From a virus, in the IMG/VR virus record IMGVR_UViG_3300032085_000337, positions 1 to 64,000 of that record: a stretch of 64,000 nucleotides of DNA; one strand, 5' to 3'. A program made the translations under genes and the position numbers. Of this stretch, positions 61,040 to 64,000 are shown piece by piece. How positions within the stretch are numbered: the stretch's first letter is position 1; every line of letters starts with the position of its first letter. A model generated the notes under the pieces. That model was given only the letters and a program-made list of their open reading frames with translations. It did not search any database and was not told the DNA's origin.

Positions 61040-62980
61040 ATGGCAACGATAGCAAACCTATCAATTGGCCTCAGTGCCGACAGTGCAAAGCTCAAGAAAG
61101 ATTTAGATAAGGCTAGTAAGCAGTCTAAGCAATGGGCTAACAAGCAGAAGAAGCAGTTTAAGGGTGTAGCTGACTCAGTTAAGCTTATTGGTGCAGCAGT
61201 TGCAGGCATAAGCTTTGCTCAGTTTATCAGGGGGTCTATCCAGGTTTCCAAAGAGCTTAAGAACATGTCTAATCTTACTGGCGTTAGCTCCAGTGAGTTG
61301 CAACGTGTAACACCGTCCTTGGAGAGAGCAGGTCTTTCACTAGAGAAGTATGCTGACATCATTAAGGATGTTAACGACAAAACTCACGACTTCCTCCAGA
61401 CTGGTGGTGGTCCTATGAAGGACTTCTTTGAGACCATTGCCCCCAAGATTGGTATTACGGCAGATGCTTTTAAGGGGTTGTCTGGTAAGGATGCCCTACA
61501 GCTTTATATCTCCTCACTAGAGAAAGCTGGTCTGTCAACAGAGCAAATGACTTTCTATATGGAAGCTTTGGCTTCTGACAGCACTATGTTGCTACCACTA
61601 CTTAGGAACAACGCAGCAGGGATGGAAGAGTTTGCCCTTGCAGCAAACCAAGTGCTAAACCCTGAGACATCGCAATCTTTGATTAACATTGGCACTTCCT
61701 TTAGCACCCTTGGTAAGATCATTACCAACATGACGCTTAACGCCATTCAACCACTACTATCATTCATTGAGAAGGTGCTGGATGGTTGGAGGCAGATGAT
61801 CACTGATATGCCAGAGCTTGTCTACGGTATTGAGGCTATCGCAGCCGCTGTTGTTGGCTTAACCTTAGCTATGTTTGCTAACCCAATAACTTTGTGGATT
61901 GCTGCTATTTCAGCTTTGGTGGTTGGCGCCGGTTGGCTCTACTACAAATTCAAAGATGTTGCTGAGGCCGTAGGCGGGGCGGGCGAGTTGTTTACGCTCA
62001 TGGCTGATAGCGCCAAGTTCGAGATTGACCGTGTTATAGCATTTGGTGAGAAGCTTAAGCTAAAGATGCAGATGGTCTTCTTGCGTATTAAAGACGCTTG
62101 GACTGAGATGCTCAACACTATGCGCATGTCTTTTGCTAAGATGCTAGACAGCCTAGCTGAAGGCCCAATGGGTTCTTTGTTTGGCATGGAAGGTGGCAAT
62201 GAAGCTGCCGCTGGTGCAGCAAACAGTGCCGCCACAAATGCTAATATGGAGCAGTTCATTAAGCTTGGTTCTGCTCTCAAAGCAAACTCTGAGGCCCTTA
62301 ACGCAGTCAACCCGCACCTCAAGAAGATGAAAGAGGCTTGGGCTGGTGGCGAGCCTATGAAGGTTGAGGTGGAAAACCCACCCGGCGCAGACCTTACAAA
62401 AGGCGGAGACCTTGGCGCAGGTGCTGCTGGTGGTAGCAAGAAAACAGTTGACCCCAACTCCCCAGAAGGCTTGGCTAAACAGTTCGTTGAGACACTGAAA
62501 AGCAGCTTCTCTAATGCTCTGGCTACTGGTGACTGGAAGAGCTTTCTTGATACTGCTCTAGACACTTTGACTATGAGCATAATAACGTCCTTCACAGAGG
62601 GAATGTTTAAGCCTTTTGAAGACGCTCTTGGCAGTATGGTATCAGGCATGTTTAGTGGGGCAGGTGGCTTAGGTGGTGGAATAGGTAGCTTCGTTGGCTC
62701 TATCTTTGGTTTTGCAGAAGGTGGCATTGTGCCTACCACATCAACCTCAAAGTCTTATGCTGACAGTGTACCTGCGATGCTTCAACCCGGTGAGCTTGTG
62801 GTCCCCAAGGACCAAGTTGACAACTTTATGAATGGTGCTGTTGGTGGTGGTGGTGGTGGTACTTACAACCTCAACATCACAGGTGACGTAACAAGACAGA
62901 CACGTACACAAGTCTTGTCTATGATGGACGACATTGCTAATGGCGTAAACCGTCAAAACAAAGAAAGAGGCTCCCGTTAA
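61040..62980 (+). CDS. Tape measure protein
   Basis: 646 aa Ala/Gly-rich; ANPI; C-terminal FAEGGIV..DSVPAMLQPGELV. Confidence 0.92.
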   Translation: MATIANLSIGLSADSAKLKKDLDKASKQSKQWANKQKKQFKGVADSVKLIGAAVAGISFAQFIRGSIQVSKELKNMSNLTGVSSSELQRVTPSLERAGLSLEKYADIIKDVNDKTHDFLQTGGGPMKDFFETIAPKIGITADAFKGLSGKDALQLYISSLEKAGLSTEQMTFYMEALASDSTMLLPLLRNNAAGMEEFALAANQVLNPETSQSLINIGTSFSTLGKIITNMTLNAIQPLLSFIEKVLDGWRQMITDMPELVYGIEAIAAAVVGLTLAMFANPITLWIAAISALVVGAGWLYYKFKDVAEAVGGAGELFTLMADSAKFEIDRVIAFGEKLKLKMQMVFLRIKDAWTEMLNTMRMSFAKMLDSLAEGPMGSLFGMEGGNEAAAGAANSAATNANMEQFIKLGSALKANSEALNAVNPHLKKMKEAWAGGEPMKVEVENPPGADLTKGGDLGAGAAGGSKKTVDPNSPEGLAKQFVETLKSSFSNALATGDWKSFLDTALDTLTMSIITSFTEGMFKPFEDALGSMVSGMFSGAGGLGGGIGSFVGSIFGFAEGGIVPTTSTSKSYADSVPAMLQPGELVVPKDQVDNFMNGAVGGGGGGTYNLNITGDVTRQTRTQVLSMMDDIANGVNRQNKERGSR

Positions 62981-62993
62981 TTCGGGGGTCTTC
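62968..62993 (+). terminator. Hairpin at the end of the tape measure gene
   Basis: GAGGCTCCCG-TTAATT-CGGGGGTCTT; weak U tract. Confidence 0.45.
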
Positions 62994-63016
62994 CCCATTT
63001 TAACAAAGGATAAGAG

Positions 63017-63628
63017 ATGGCTTACACTTGGAGCGGACAACGTATTACAGCCCCTATTACAATATCAAGCAACCAACCTGAGTTTGTCACAGAGACTGCC
63101 AACCTTAAGAGGCTTGTAACTTCACAAGATGCCCAACGGTGGGAGCTTACGTTTGGACTAGAACCAACTACAGACGCTGGTGGACTATTTGTAGCTATGA
63201 CCTCCGCAGCGCAAGGTGTGCGCACAATGGTCGTGCCACAGATTTATAAGTCTGGGTCAGTAAACGAATGTGCTACTACAGCAACAGTTGATGCTATCGC
63301 AGCCGCTGGTGCTAGTTCTGTAACAGTTAGCCTTGGCACAGGTGATATTGGTAAAGTAATCTACAAAGGTACTTTCATTAAGTTTGCAGGACACACTAAG
63401 GTTTATATGGTTACAGCAGACGCTACAGCCGTAGACAACACCACAGAGGCACTGGCTACCCTATCGGTTTACCCTGAGCTTAGGGCTGGTGTAGTTGTGT
63501 CTGAGGTTGTTTCTTATTTAGATGATGTTGACCTTTCTTATTGGCTAGGTGAGCAACTGCGTGGCATAAGTTATGCCGATGGCATTGTAGCCTCAGTGGG
63601 TAGTGTTGCTGTTCTGGAGGCTATCTGA
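63017..63628 (+). CDS. Distal tail (Dit-like) protein
   Basis: Directly after TMP; AQRWEL, G.FIKF.GH.KVYMV, YP.LR. Confidence 0.65.
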   Translation: MAYTWSGQRITAPITISSNQPEFVTETANLKRLVTSQDAQRWELTFGLEPTTDAGGLFVAMTSAAQGVRTMVVPQIYKSGSVNECATTATVDAIAAAGASSVTVSLGTGDIGKVIYKGTFIKFAGHTKVYMVTADATAVDNTTEALATLSVYPELRAGVVVSEVVSYLDDVDLSYWLGEQLRGISYADGIVASVGSVAVLEAI

Positions 63629-64000
63629 TGAGAGGGCTTTCTGCTACATCTTTAGCTATACTAGGTGAGGATAGGCTTAAGGCTTTCCTTATGGTTAAGT
63701 TGGACTTCCCCTCAGTGTCGTATTACTTCACAGACTATGGGCGTGATATTGACTTTGGGGGTAACACATATTCATCTGGCAGTGGCGTGATGGATTTTGA
63801 GCCACCAAGGTTGTCCTCTACAGTTGACAGAGAAGCTTATCGCCTAAGTATCTCTGACCACAACAACACCTTCCAGAACCTTTTTAGGCTTGGTGCAACA
63901 GGGTCTGATGTTACAATCTACCTTGTGCTAGTTGGCTCAGGTGGTCCTGAGTTGGGTGCGGATGATGTTATAGTGGCCTATAAAGGTCGCATTGATGAGA
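63628..64000 (+). CDS. Baseplate hub-related tail protein, truncated at the window end
   Basis: ATG overlapping the upstream TGA; MRGLSATSLAIL...YYFTDYGRDIDFGGNTY; open to 64000. Confidence 0.6.
   Translation, partial: MRGLSATSLAILGEDRLKAFLMVKLDFPSVSYYFTDYGRDIDFGGNTYSSGSGVMDFEPPRLSSTVDREAYRLSISDHNNTFQNLFRLGATGSDVTIYLVLVGSGGPELGADDVIVAYKGRIDE

Larger units (their letters stand above)
38964..64000 (+). mobile_element. Partial siphovirus genome with T7-like RNAP and replication module (phage 2)
   Basis: Second full set of helicase/polA/SSB/endonuclease genes plus HK97-type head and long-tail genes, all on +. Confidence 0.9.

Noticed and set aside
61942-62739. 265-aa antisense ORF in the tape measure gene (also 17133-17750, 27070-27780, 39271-39807, 49106-49645)
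   Set aside because: Shadow frames of well-supported genes with no motifs or RBS; expected from codon bias

Overview
The window holds two different lytic tailed-phage genomes joined end to end. (1) 1-~38963 is an apparently complete, circularly permuted podovirus of the Roseobacter phage SIO1/cobavirus (Zobellviridae) type, unit length 38,864 bp as defined by a 99-bp direct repeat at 1-99 and 38865-38963. Its + strand arm encodes primase-helicase, family A DNA polymerase, SSB, nucleases, MazG, DUF1127, class II (B12) ribonucleotide reductase, glutaredoxin, PhoH and ThyX. Its - strand arm encodes T7-like virion genes. The arms meet at a bidirectional terminator, there is no phage RNA polymerase, and transcription uses consensus sigma70 promoters. 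(2) ~38964-64000 is a partial, all + strand phage that combines a T7-like single-subunit RNA polymerase and T7-like replication module with HK97/lambda-like siphovirus head and tail genes (HNH, P27-type TerS, TerL, portal, protease, MCP, tail tube, G/GT frameshift chaperone, tape measure). The junction is most likely an assembly chimera through a shared gene. The strongest candidate for an undescribed system is a cassette at 30253-32807 directly behind the S74-chaperone tail fibre: a divergent QueC-like PP-loop enzyme, a GNAT acetyltransferase, a KpsC/KpsS-like glycosyltransferase and a small Thr/Ser tetrapeptide-repeat protein. It looks like a phage-encoded system for post-translationally modifying a virion tip protein. 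Also notable are a paired steric-gate substitution (E710Q with Y766L equivalents) in the podovirus polymerase, candidate phage-RNAP promoters and several structured-RNA candidates. All family assignments come from motif recognition by eye; no database searches were run. No tRNA, rRNA, CRISPR array or integrase was seen.
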